Positions 19,224-28,281 of a stretch of DNA of 32,000 nucleotides are shown one piece after another. The stretch lies in assembly GCF_035285525.1 (NCBI RefSeq), contig NZ_JAYKGW010000104.1, positions 30,001 through 62,000 of the forward strand, read 5' to 3'. Made by a program: the position numbers and the translations under genes. The notes under the pieces were generated by a model. It was given only the letters and a program-made list of their open reading frames with translations, was not told the DNA's origin and did no database searches. Position 1 is the stretch's first letter, and each line of letters starts with the position of its first letter. Source of the DNA: Okeania sp. GTDB lineage: Bacteria > Cyanobacteriota > Cyanobacteriia > Cyanobacteriales > Microcoleaceae.

Positions 19224-20045
19224 ATGGTAAATTATAGACTCTCTCAACAACACCTAAATCTATTAACAAATTGTCCCCGAAAATTTCAATATCTCTATCT
19301 ACATAATCTTGGTGTACCGATAACATCAGCAGAACAAGAAAGACTAAATTGGGGTAGTCAATTTCACCTATTAATGCAGCAAAAAGAATTAGGATTACCG
19401 ATAGAATCTTTAATATTAGAAAATCAAGAAATGCTGCTTTGCTTTAATAATTTTTCTCAAGCTGCATCAGAAATATTAAGTTCTGAAACTCAAGATGATA
19501 TAATTTTACGTCAAGCTGAACATCATCGTAGTTTTAATTTTAAAGGTTATATTTTGACGGCTATTTATGATTTATTAATTGCTAAAAATAAACAGGCACA
19601 AATTTTTGATTGGAAAACCTACAGGTATCCTAAAAACCAAGAAAAATTAGCTCAAAATTGGCAAACACGGTTATATCTTTACCTATTAGTTGAAACTAGC
19701 AAATATTTACCAGAAGCAGTTTCCATGACCTATTGGTTTATCCAACCGAAAAGTGAAAAGTTACCATACAAATTAACATTTTCTTATAATCAACAAGCGC
19801 ACAAAAAAACTGAACAGGATTTACAAAAGATATTAGATAATTTAACTGACTGGTTAAAAAATTATCAGGAAAAAGGATTAGAATTTCCACAAGTCCAGAT
19901 TCTTGATACTTGTTATACTTGTCAATTTAGTAGTCCGTGTCAAGGTTTTTCAGAAGTTTATAATAGAGAAGGAGAGGGTGTATCTACAGATATTTCTGCT
20001 GATTTAATATTCAGTTTAGATAATATTCCTGAAATAGTAATTTAG
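19224..20045 (+). CDS. PD-(D/E)XK nuclease, Cas4/AddB-like with 4-Cys iron-sulfur cluster signature
   Basis: One N-terminal Cys lies in LLTNCPRKFQY. There is a C-terminal C-x2-C-x5-C (CYTCQFSSPC). The nuclease core reads IYDLL ... IFDWKTY (D...D-x-K). This Cys arrangement is the one seen in Cas4/AddB-type nucleases. Confidence 0.7.
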   Translation: MVNYRLSQQHLNLLTNCPRKFQYLYLHNLGVPITSAEQERLNWGSQFHLLMQQKELGLPIESLILENQEMLLCFNNFSQAASEILSSETQDDIILRQAEHHRSFNFKGYILTAIYDLLIAKNKQAQIFDWKTYRYPKNQEKLAQNWQTRLYLYLLVETSKYLPEAVSMTYWFIQPKSEKLPYKLTFSYNQQAHKKTEQDLQKILDNLTDWLKNYQEKGLEFPQVQILDTCYTCQFSSPCQGFSEVYNREGEGVSTDISADLIFSLDNIPEIVI

Positions 20046-20246
20046 CTTAAGACTATTTAATGTAAGCATTTCCTGAGTAAATTAAATTGGTCATCAGTTT
20101 ACATTATAATCGGTTGATTATTGACAAAAGCTTTTTGCTGAAACTAATAGTTGTTTCGGCAGTATTTATTAGAAAATGCTTACTATTTACTTATAGGTTA
20201 CTAATTAAATATTTAGTCTTTTTAGAGTTAAAAATTTTCATTTAAT

Positions 20247-20331
20247 TAGGGGGGTTTACTAACTAAATATAAAAGTTTTGACAGATAAAGGTGAAATTTT
20301 AGGTCGGGAAAAAGTATCGGCTTTTGGGTTG
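20247..20331 (+). repeat. Dispersed intergenic repeat, family P copy 3
   Basis: The segments taggggggtttactaactaaatataaaagt ... attttaggtcgggaaaaagtatcggcttttgggttg align with the copies at 2965 and 5621. Confidence 0.75.
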
Positions 20332-20384
20332 ATGGAGTAGAAAAAGTGAGTCTAAATGGGGTAACTATGACAGAAAAACTAAGG

Positions 20385-20508
20385 GGTTATTTTAGTTATC
20401 AGTAGAGAATGAATCTCTGACTAAACTCGGAGGTTGGAAATACTAAAGTTAAATATTTTTATCATCCCCTTAAAAAGGGAAACTTTCAACCAATTTTTTT
20501 GGTAATTA
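20385..20508 (+). repeat. MITE-like dispersed repeat, family R, second copy
   Basis: The segments ggttattttagttatcagtagagaatgaatctctgactaaactcggaggttggaaata ... ccccttaaaaaggg ... atttttttggtaat align with the reverse complement of 9401-9537. Confidence 0.8.
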
Positions 20509-20646
20509 TGAATAACTACCTATGATAAAACTTGTCTAACTAAATCCTAACTATTAACTATTTCCTACTCCTGACTGCCTACTCTCAGAAAAAGACTTTT
20601 ACGGTTCCCGATAAATTAGCAAACTCTAATTATTAATCAGAATATT

Positions 20647-21819
20647 ATGTCATCAAAAATACTTGTTGTAGATGATGAACCAGATTTTGAATCACTTATC
20701 ATCCGTAACTTTAGAAAACAAATAAAGCAAAAAAAACTGAATTTTATTTTTGCTAGAGATGGTCTAGAAGCACTAGAAATATTATCAGAAGAAACCAGTA
20801 TAGACATCGTACTAACCGATCTTAATATGCCATTAATGGATGGATTAAATTTATTAGATAATCTACAAGTTAAATATCCAGATATCAAGGCAGTAATTAT
20901 TTCTGCTTATGATGATATGGAAAAAATTAGATCTGCAATGAATAGAGGTGCTTTTGATTTTTTGACTAAACCTATAGATTTTCAAGATTTAGAAATAACG
21001 ATTAAAAAAACATTAGCCAATGTTCAACAACTCAAAGAAAATAAACGTTTAAAGCAACAAAAAAATGAAGCAGAAGCAGCAAATAAAGCTAAAAGTATAT
21101 TTCTAGCAAATATGAGCCATGAATTACGAACACCATTAAATGCTATTATTGGTTACAGTGAAATTTTAATAGAAGATGCTAATGATTTAGGGGATGAAGG
21201 TTTTATCCGAGACCTGGAAAATATTCATACTTCTGGGAAACACTTATTAACTATAATTAATGATATTCTCGACCTTTCCAAAATTGAAGCTGGTAAAATG
21301 GATATTCACTGGGAAAGTGTGAATATTATGGTGTTAATTGAAAATGTTTTAGCAACTATTCAACCTTTGGTTGAGCACAATAATAATAAATTAGAAATAA
21401 TCTGCGAAGATAATCAAGAACCTATTATTGCAGACTCTAATAAAATGCGACAAGTAGTTTTAAATCTTCTGAGCAATGCTGCAAAATTTACAGAAAATGG
21501 CAAAATAGTTTTACAAGTTAAAGTTGTTAATAATGATGAGGGTTTTATTTCTCAAAATGGAAATTGTAATTCTACAAATAAGCTGTTAGTTTTAAGTGTT
21601 ACTGATACTGGTATAGGTATATCAAAAGACAAAATAGATAGTTTATTTCAACCATTTACTCAAGCAGATAATTCGACAACTAGAAAATATGGAGGAACTG
21701 GTTTAGGTTTAGCTATTAGTCAGCACTTTTGTAAAATGATGGGTGGAGATATTACTGTTGTAAGTGAAGTTAATCAAGGTTCTACATTTACTGTGAGATT
21801 TCCTGTTTCTCAAAAGTAA
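20647..21819 (+). CDS. Hybrid REC-histidine kinase (receiver-HisKA-HATPase_c) with no sensor or TM domain
   Basis: REC motifs are [18 protein letters not shown] and FLTKP. A coiled-coil linker follows. The H-box is [12 protein letters not shown], the N-box LLSNAAKFT, the G1 box DTGIGI and the G2 box GGTGLGLAI. Confidence 0.9.
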   Translation: MSSKILVVDDEPDFESLIIRNFRKQIKQKKLNFIFARDGLEALEILSEETSIDIVLTDLNMPLMDGLNLLDNLQVKYPDIKAVIISAYDDMEKIRSAMNRGAFDFLTKPIDFQDLEITIKKTLANVQQLKENKRLKQQKNEAEAANKAKSIFLANMSHELRTPLNAIIGYSEILIEDANDLGDEGFIRDLENIHTSGKHLLTIINDILDLSKIEAGKMDIHWESVNIMVLIENVLATIQPLVEHNNNKLEIICEDNQEPIIADSNKMRQVVLNLLSNAAKFTENGKIVLQVKVVNNDEGFISQNGNCNSTNKLLVLSVTDTGIGISKDKIDSLFQPFTQADNSTTRKYGGTGLGLAISQHFCKMMGGDITVVSEVNQGSTFTVRFPVSQK

Positions 21820-21963
21820 CCAGTAAGAAGTAACCAGTAAGAAGTAACCAGTAAGAAGTAAAAAGGAAGTAAAAAGGAAGTAAAAAGGAAGGAAGAAGTA
21901 AGAAGTAACAAGTAACAAGTAAGAAGTAACAAGTAAGAAGTAACAAGTAACAAGTAACAAGTA
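21816..21963 (+). repeat. Compound STRR array
   Basis: Counted by hand: (GTAACCAGTAAGAA)x3, then (GTAAAAAGGAA)x3, then 10 heptamers of GTAACAA/GTAAGAA type. The array starts one nucleotide upstream of, and overlaps, the kinase stop codon (21817-21819). Confidence 0.95.
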
Positions 21964-22490
21964 AATTAAGTCTATAGTTTCTGGTATTTATGTAACTCTG
22001 AATAACTATTTTCAATAATGGATAATTGATAATTGATAATTGATAATTACCTCTCCCTAAAAGGAAGAGGATTGAATACAAGGAAAAAATTTATTTCTCT
22101 TGGTCGATTAGATTGACGAGGATACTTCGCCATCTCACCCTTCGGGAAGCTCCGCTGAAGACCGCTTTTTTCCCTTTAAAGGGGAGGCTTCAAGGCGTCA
22201 ATTATTTAATTATTTAATTATTTAATTATTTAATTATTTAATTATTTAATTATTTAATTATTAATTATTCGGTAATTTTTCCATACCTGATTAATTTTGG
22301 TATGATATGATTCAGATCATATTATAAGTAAAGTACATCTTCCTCACACGGAAGAAAAAAAAGTAAATTAAGTCTATAGTTTCTGGTATTTCTGTACCTT
22401 TGAATAACTAATCTAATTTTTCCATACCTGATGATTTTTACTATGAGCTGAACTGTATTCTATTATGAGTAAAGTCTATTTTTTTCAGAG
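21961..22490 (+). repeat. Tandem duplication of a ~130-nt unit, with copy 1 split by a 264-nt composite insertion
   Basis: Part a: 21961-22008 matches 22363-22410 (48 nt, about 5 mismatches). Part b: 22273-22336 matches 22415-22476 (core taatttttccatacctga...tat.agtaaagt). The segment 22009-22272 is present only in copy 1. Confidence 0.85.
22042..22211 (+). mobile_element. MITE-like element, long copy (170 nt) with terminal inverted repeats AATTAA(A)TAATTACC
   Basis: It is the reverse complement of 17027-17135, except for an extra internal 65 nt (22101-22165). It is flanked by microsatellites that look like expansions of its own termini: (AATTGAT)n at 22021-22049 and an (AATTATTT)n octamer array at 22200-22269. 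Confidence 0.75.
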
Positions 22491-22844
22491 ATATTTAGGA
22501 GCTGTTGAGCAAAGTATTTTTGCCAAAGTAGGTAGTAAGTAGTCAAGAATAATAGGGAATTATAGAAGAGGTACACGGTTCCCGATAAATCAGAAAAATT
22601 ATCCCTTAATTTTTTTGCCTAACTCTCACCTAAATACTAACTTTTAAAACCTTATTAGTCAAAAATATGATACTTTTTTATATTCCCTATTTCCTGTTCT
22701 TGATTTGCTGCAAACTTATACAGCAGATTCCACTTTTGTGAGGTACACCAACGCCAGCTTTCCGGCTCCCTAATTATGAAAATTTAATTATTAAATCTGT
22801 ACTTCATATATTATAATATACAAATAATTTTATCTACTTAATTG

Positions 22845-22867
22845 CTGATAACTGATAACTGATAACT
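22845..22867 (+). repeat. STRR array (CTGATAA)x3, just upstream of recJ
   Basis: The sequence is ctgataactgataactgataact. The same heptamer is found at 9513-9530 and, degenerate, at about 30549-30570. Confidence 0.9.
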
Positions 22868-22888
22868 ATTCCCTACTATAAATTAAAG

Positions 22889-25825
22889 ATGTCTGAACAA
22901 AAACTTTCTTGGCAAATTCCTGTGTATGATCATCTCCCTCATTCATTCATTGAATGTGTCAAAAATTATGCTCCAAAATTATCAGGAAAATATCTAGCAC
23001 AATTATTATGGCAGCGACAAATTAAAGATACTAAAAATATCGCAGGATTCTTAGATTCAAAAAAATATAAACCAAGCAGTTCCTTTGAATTTGGTTTAGA
23101 AATTAATAAAGCTATAGAAAGAATTATCTCTGCTAGAAATAATCAAGAAAAAGTTGCTATCTGGGGAGACTTTGATGCAGATGGAATTACTTCAACATCC
23201 GTACTTTGGGATGGACTAGGAGAATTTTTCGAGAAAAATCATCAACTAACTTATTATATTCCTAATAGATTTACAGAATCTCACGGTTTGAACTTTGACG
23301 GAATAGAACGCTTATCTAAAACAAATTATAGTTTGATAATTACCTGTGATACAGGAAGTACAAATATTGCTGAAATAGAATATGCAAATACTTTAGGAAT
23401 AGATATAATTGTCACTGATCATCACACCCTTCCCCCAGAACGTCCGCCATTATTTGCTATTATTAATCCTCGCTATTTTTCCCCCGATCATCCCCTATAT
23501 AATTTGTCAGGAGTTGGAATAGCTTATAAACTTATCGAAGCACTTTATTTAACCTATCCAGAAATACCTAAACTTCCCCTCACAGAATTATTAGATTTAG
23601 TAGCTATTGGTTTAATTGCTGACTTAGTTCAACTAACAAATGATAGTCGTTATTTAGCACAAATAGGTATTGCCAAATTAAGTACACAATTACACACAAC
23701 TACTAGACCAGGTGTTGCTAAACTATTAGAATTGTGCAAAAAAACAGGCGATCGCCCCACAGATATTTCTTTTGGTATTGGTCCAAGAATTAATGCTGTA
23801 AGTAGAATTATGGGAGATGCTAGTTTTTGTGTGGAACTTTTAACCAGTCGTGACTCTCAAAATTGTCAAAAATTAGCGTTAGAAACGGAAATAGCTAACT
23901 CTAGGCGCAAATCTATACAAAAAGAGGTGGCTGAAGATGTTGCTAAAAAATTGACAAAATTAGACCTTTCTACTACTCATGTTATAGTTCTCACTGATAC
24001 TCAATGGCCTGTTGGTGTGTTAGGATTAGTTGCTGGCCAAATAGCTCAAGAGTATGGTCGTCCTACTATTTTATTGAATGAGGAAACGGAAGCTACTAGA
24101 ACTTCTGAAACAAAATTATTAGCTCGTGGTTCTGCTCGTTCTGTTGGTACAATAGACCTCTATGAATTAGTAAAAAATCAGGCACATTTATTAGATAGAT
24201 TTGGCGGTCATCCTTTTGCTGCTGGTCTGAGTTTGCCAGTAGAAAATATTCCGATATTTACAGATGCTATTAATCATTTATTAGGACAAACATTAGGGGT
24301 AAGTTTTAACCAAACCTCTATACTAGAAGTAGATTTAATTGTGACTGTATCTGAGTTAGGTAAAGATTTATTTCAAGAACTGAAACTTTTAGAACCTTGT
24401 GGTATTGGAAACCCCGTGCCTAAACTTTTGATTCAAAATTGTTGGTTTACTGATGTTTGGCATCGGAACCAAAAAGATTTATGGGGTAATAAGGTTAGAT
24501 ATATTAAAACAAATTTTGAGATTTGCGATGAGTCTATAGGTAAGGGTTTTCCTGGTATTTGGTGGGGTCATTATAAAGATGAAGTTCCGGAAGGAATATG
24601 TGATGCGTTAGTGGAATTAGATTTTAATACTTACGAGAAACGTTATGAAGTTCGACTTATTGCTGTACAGTCTAGTTGTCAAGATACTCAGGTTATTGTA
24701 TCGAAACCTGTTGATTGGATATTGGACTGGCGTGGAGAAATTCAAAATTCAAAATTCAAAATTAAGAAGTATTTTCCTACTGTGGGAAGTCAAAATTCCC
24801 AATTGAATAATTCTAACTATAGTTCCACAGATTTACCTAAAGAAATGGAAAGTGGAAAGTTCCCAAAAGAAAACTATTGCGCTATAGAACACTTTCACTC
24901 ATATTTAGCAGAAAATGAAAGCTCAAAATTGAATACTTCCAACAATAGTTCCACAGATTTATCTAAAGAAATGGAAAGAGGAAAATTGCCAAAAGAAAAC
25001 TATTGCGCTATAGAAAAGTCTCACTCATCTCTAGCAAAAAATGAAAGCTCAAAAATTAATCATCCTAACTATCGTTCCACAGATTTACCTCCAGAAATAG
25101 AAAGAGGAAAATTGCCAAAAGAAAACTATTGCGCTATAGAACACTTTCACTCATATTTAGCAGAAAATGAAAGCTCAAAATTGAATACTTCCACAGATTT
25201 ATCTAAAGAAATGGAAAGTGGAAAATTGTCAAAAGAAAACTATTGCGCAACAGAAAACTATCACTCATATTTAGCAGAAAATGAAAGCTCAAAATTGAAT
25301 AATTATAATTATCGTTCCATAAATAAATCCAATGAAAAAGACTTAATTATTCTCACAGAATGTCCTACAAACTGGAATGACTTACGCATCTGGTTCCGCA
25401 GAGCTATAAATCAACAAAAAAAACTAGCGATCGCCTACTCCCAACCTCCTAATACCCCCCCCGTAGACATCTGGCAAAAACTCTTAGGAATTGCCAAATA
25501 TCTCAGTCGTACTGGTCAACCTATAACTCGTTATCAACTCCTAAAAAAATTAAGTATTAGTGATGCCACTCTCAAATTAGGATTTAAAGCAATACCACAT
25601 TTTGGTTTTAATGTCAAGTCAAAAGATAGATATCTTTATATAATTCGGAATCCCACCCAAAATCAAAAATTAGAAACCTTATCCCAAAAAGTCCAAAAGT
25701 TCTTAGCAGCAGTATCAGAAGAACAATTTCGGAAAAAATACTTTTGTCAAGTCCCTCTAAAAACAATAGAAACAATTGCAGCCCAAACAATTTTAGAAGA
25801 GACTAATACCTCTATTCCCTTCTAG
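22889..25825 (+). CDS. recJ: Single-stranded-DNA-specific 5-prime to 3-prime exonuclease RecJ, with a C-terminal repeat insertion
   Basis: DHH motifs are VAIWGDFDADGITS, IITCDTGS and IVTDHHTLP. The DHHA1 motif is FGGHPFAAGLS. The 978-aa length is inflated by about 175 aa of tandem repeats at 24790-25320. Confidence 0.9.
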   Translation: MSEQKLSWQIPVYDHLPHSFIECVKNYAPKLSGKYLAQLLWQRQIKDTKNIAGFLDSKKYKPSSSFEFGLEINKAIERIISARNNQEKVAIWGDFDADGITSTSVLWDGLGEFFEKNHQLTYYIPNRFTESHGLNFDGIERLSKTNYSLIITCDTGSTNIAEIEYANTLGIDIIVTDHHTLPPERPPLFAIINPRYFSPDHPLYNLSGVGIAYKLIEALYLTYPEIPKLPLTELLDLVAIGLIADLVQLTNDSRYLAQIGIAKLSTQLHTTTRPGVAKLLELCKKTGDRPTDISFGIGPRINAVSRIMGDASFCVELLTSRDSQNCQKLALETEIANSRRKSIQKEVAEDVAKKLTKLDLSTTHVIVLTDTQWPVGVLGLVAGQIAQEYGRPTILLNEETEATRTSETKLLARGSARSVGTIDLYELVKNQAHLLDRFGGHPFAAGLSLPVENIPIFTDAINHLLGQTLGVSFNQTSILEVDLIVTVSELGKDLFQELKLLEPCGIGNPVPKLLIQNCWFTDVWHRNQKDLWGNKVRYIKTNFEICDESIGKGFPGIWWGHYKDEVPEGICDALVELDFNTYEKRYEVRLIAVQSSCQDTQVIVSKPVDWILDWRGEIQNSKFKIKKYFPTVGSQNSQLNNSNYSSTDLPKEMESGKFPKENYCAIEHFHSYLAENESSKLNTSNNSSTDLSKEMERGKLPKENYCAIEKSHSSLAKNESSKINHPNYRSTDLPPEIERGKLPKENYCAIEHFHSYLAENESSKLNTSTDLSKEMESGKLSKENYCATENYHSYLAENESSKLNNYNYRSINKSNEKDLIILTECPTNWNDLRIWFRRAINQQKKLAIAYSQPPNTPPVDIWQKLLGIAKYLSRTGQPITRYQLLKKLSISDATLKLGFKAIPHFGFNVKSKDRYLYIIRNPTQNQKLETLSQKVQKFLAAVSEEQFRKKYFCQVPLKTIETIAAQTILEETNTSIPF
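24790..25320 (+). repeat. In-frame minisatellite inside recJ: about 4.2 units of 126 bp (one unit is 114 bp)
   Basis: The landmark ttccacagattta recurs at about 24823, 24949, 25075 and 25189, with a degenerate copy near 25315. The spacings are 126, 126, 114 and 126. The encoded unit is ..STDL(S/P)KEMExGK(L/F)PKENYCAIEHFHSYLAENESSKLN... It is preceded by (AAATTCA)x3 at about 24740-24765. Confidence 0.95.
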
Positions 25826-25871
25826 TTGCTTTACAATAAATTGAAGTTGTGACATAAAATTACCCATAATT

Positions 25872-28082
25872 ATGCTCATCTGTCCCCAATGTGAGTTTGA
25901 AAATCCTAACAATAATAAATACTGCCAAAAATGCGGTAAATCCTTAACCCACAAGAATTGTTATAAATGTGGGTCAAAAGTCTCCTTGACCGATCTACAA
26001 TGTCACAACTGTGGGGCCGATACGGGTCAAGTATGGAAGGCCATTATTAATAAAACTTTGTCCTTAGAGGCGAGTGCCCATCAAACAGAGATTAATCTAG
26101 AGAAACTAGACCAAGAAGAATTTGTTGTCGAAGAAATTTCCTTAACTAAAGAGTCAGCAGCAGATACCATTGATAATGAAGAAAAAGAGTCTGAAGAAAT
26201 CATCAAACTCTCCGAACTTTTTGAGGAGAAAATTAGTACAGAAAAAATTATAGAACCTAGTAAGACTCTAGCTATATCACCTTCAGATATAGAATCCGTA
26301 AATCCTCCATTAGAAACAATAACTGAAGTTGATAATCAAACCCAGGATATAGAAGATTCAGATAATTCAAAATCAACAAATGTGGATATCCTCAGCCAAA
26401 TTCCTGAAGTAACAACCACAGAAAATGAATCATCCCTAAATAGTACAGAAAATATTTCAAATATATCAGAAAAATACTTAGATTCTGAAGAACGCTACCA
26501 ATTATTAGAAACTATACCAATAAACAACCAAGAACAAACAATAGTTGTACAAGTATTAGATCTTTATCCACTAGAAAACACCCCAATTAGAGCTTGGTTG
26601 AAAAATAACTCTCAAAAAAGATTTAAACAAAAAACTCCCGAAATGGAAGCCTTAATTGTTCCTATGATTGCCCAACCATACATAAATTTATATAGCCAAA
26701 TACCCCAATATTTGCCAGAGATTCATGATAGTTGGCGATCGCCAGATCAAGAAATATTACTTGTAACAGACTATAGCAGTTGGCCAAAATTAGTAGATTT
26801 CTGGAAAACTGAAGATATCTCCCAACAGCAGATTTTATCATGGTTACAGCAAATTACAGAACTTTGGGTAGTCTTAGCTCCCTGCAATTCTTGTCAAAGT
26901 ATAGTAGAATATGACAACCTCCTAGTGAATCAAGCTGAGAATAACTTGATTAAGTTACAACGCTTATACTTAGAACCTGATGAAGAAAAAAATGATATTA
27001 ATAACTTAATGCTATTCTGGCAAGGGCTGTTTGAAAAATCCCAACGTACACACTTTAGTTGGATAACAGATTTATTTCAAGGTTGGCAGAATGGCGAAAT
27101 ACAAACTATCGAAAAATTGCGATCTTATTTAATGAATACTCAAAACAGTTTACAACCTCAACCAATTTCTAAATCTTCACCGACAACTTTGCAAATAGAT
27201 GATTCTGCTTCAAAAGTAGTAGATAATATTGAGACTCAAGATACTCAACTTTTACCAACACAACTAATTAGTTTAGAAAGTTCAGGTAAAACTAATGTAG
27301 GTACTCAACGTGACCATAATGAAGATGCTTTTGGGATTCAAACTCAAATAGAAAGTCAACAAACAACTACCGAAAAAATTATTCAGGCAAAAGGAATTTA
27401 TATACTTTGTGATGGTATGGGAGGGCATGCTAGTGGAGAAATAGCTAGTCAGTTAGGGGTAGACACAATTAAACAATACTTTAACACTGAAGGTAATTGG
27501 TTCGTAGATATGCCTTCAGAGGAAACAATTCGTACAGCAATTCTCAAAGCAAATGAAGTAATTTACGATATTAACCAGCAAGAAATCCGTTCTGGTAGTA
27601 GTCGTATGGGTACTACTTTAGTTATGGCAATGATTTACGATACAAAATTAGCTGTCGCTCATGTAGGAGATAGTCGTCTGTACCGCTTTTCTCGTAAGGG
27701 AGGTTTAGAACAAATTACTTTAGATCATGAAGTAGGTCAAAGAGAAATCAATCGAGGAATTGAAGCAGAAATAGCTTATGGTCGTCCTGATGCTTATCAA
27801 TTAACTCAAGCTTTAGGACCACGAAATGAAAATTTTGTGAGACCTGATATCCAGTTTTTGAATTTAGATGAGGATAGTCTATTAATTTTAGCATCTGATG
27901 GTTTAACAGATAATCAGCTTTTGGAAAACAATTGGCAAACTCACCTCGAACCACTTTTAGATAAAAAGGCTGATTTGGAGTTGGGTGTAAATAAGTTAAT
28001 TGATTTGGCAAATCAGTATAATGGTCACGATAACATTACAGCAATTGCGATCCGTGCCTTAGTTAAACAGCAACAAGACTAG
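25872..28082 (+). CDS. Double zinc-ribbon / pseudokinase-like / PP2C (PPM) serine-threonine phosphatase fusion protein
   Basis: The N-terminus has CPQC..CQKCG and CYKCG..CHNCG. An acidic low-complexity linker follows. The central region aligns by eye to a Hanks kinase fold but lacks GxGxxG, HRD and DFG. The C-terminus has PPM motifs RDHNEDAF, DGMGGH, SDGLTD and GHDNITAI. Confidence 0.8.
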   Translation: MLICPQCEFENPNNNKYCQKCGKSLTHKNCYKCGSKVSLTDLQCHNCGADTGQVWKAIINKTLSLEASAHQTEINLEKLDQEEFVVEEISLTKESAADTIDNEEKESEEIIKLSELFEEKISTEKIIEPSKTLAISPSDIESVNPPLETITEVDNQTQDIEDSDNSKSTNVDILSQIPEVTTTENESSLNSTENISNISEKYLDSEERYQLLETIPINNQEQTIVVQVLDLYPLENTPIRAWLKNNSQKRFKQKTPEMEALIVPMIAQPYINLYSQIPQYLPEIHDSWRSPDQEILLVTDYSSWPKLVDFWKTEDISQQQILSWLQQITELWVVLAPCNSCQSIVEYDNLLVNQAENNLIKLQRLYLEPDEEKNDINNLMLFWQGLFEKSQRTHFSWITDLFQGWQNGEIQTIEKLRSYLMNTQNSLQPQPISKSSPTTLQIDDSASKVVDNIETQDTQLLPTQLISLESSGKTNVGTQRDHNEDAFGIQTQIESQQTTTEKIIQAKGIYILCDGMGGHASGEIASQLGVDTIKQYFNTEGNWFVDMPSEETIRTAILKANEVIYDINQQEIRSGSSRMGTTLVMAMIYDTKLAVAHVGDSRLYRFSRKGGLEQITLDHEVGQREINRGIEAEIAYGRPDAYQLTQALGPRNENFVRPDIQFLNLDEDSLLILASDGLTDNQLLENNWQTHLEPLLDKKADLELGVNKLIDLANQYNGHDNITAIAIRALVKQQQD

Positions 28083-28281
28083 AGCTGCTCTACTGATAAA
28101 AGAATCAACAGTTAATCATAGCAAGATGCAATAATTGCGTCAAGTTTTTATCACAGTTAATTTCAACTGAAAGCCCTGGAAATTATAACTTATGACTTCT
28201 AAATCCTGACTCTTAACTATCACCAAAATATTATAACTGAAATAGGATTGCTATATTAATTATTAAAACTATCTATAAACT

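Noticed and set aside
20637-20888. Minus-strand ORF of 83 aa
   Set aside because: It is antisense to the receiver domain of the REC-histidine kinase and has no motifs.
21709-22081. Minus-strand ORFs 21709-21960 and 21788-22081 (LLVTSY / LLLTCYFLLVT-type proteins)
   Set aside because: These are pure translations of the GTAACAA/GTAAGAA STRR array, which lacks stop codons in those frames. They are not genes.
22338-22355. Hairpin tcttcc-tcacac-ggaaga containing CCUCACAC, reminiscent of the conserved single-stranded motif of the cyanobacterial sRNA Yfr1
   Set aside because: As I recall, Yfr1 has the motif unpaired between two stem-loops and ends in a terminator. Here half the motif is in the stem, there is no second stem-loop, and an A-run (not a U-run) follows on this strand.
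21816-25320. Possibility that the regular repeat arrays (the STRR block, the octamer array at 22200-22269 and the 126-bp recJ units) are CRISPR arrays
   Set aside because: There is no alternation of conserved 28-37 nt repeats with unique spacers of similar size. The units are directly abutting 7-14 nt or 126 nt repeats. No cas genes are present beyond a stand-alone Cas4-like nuclease.
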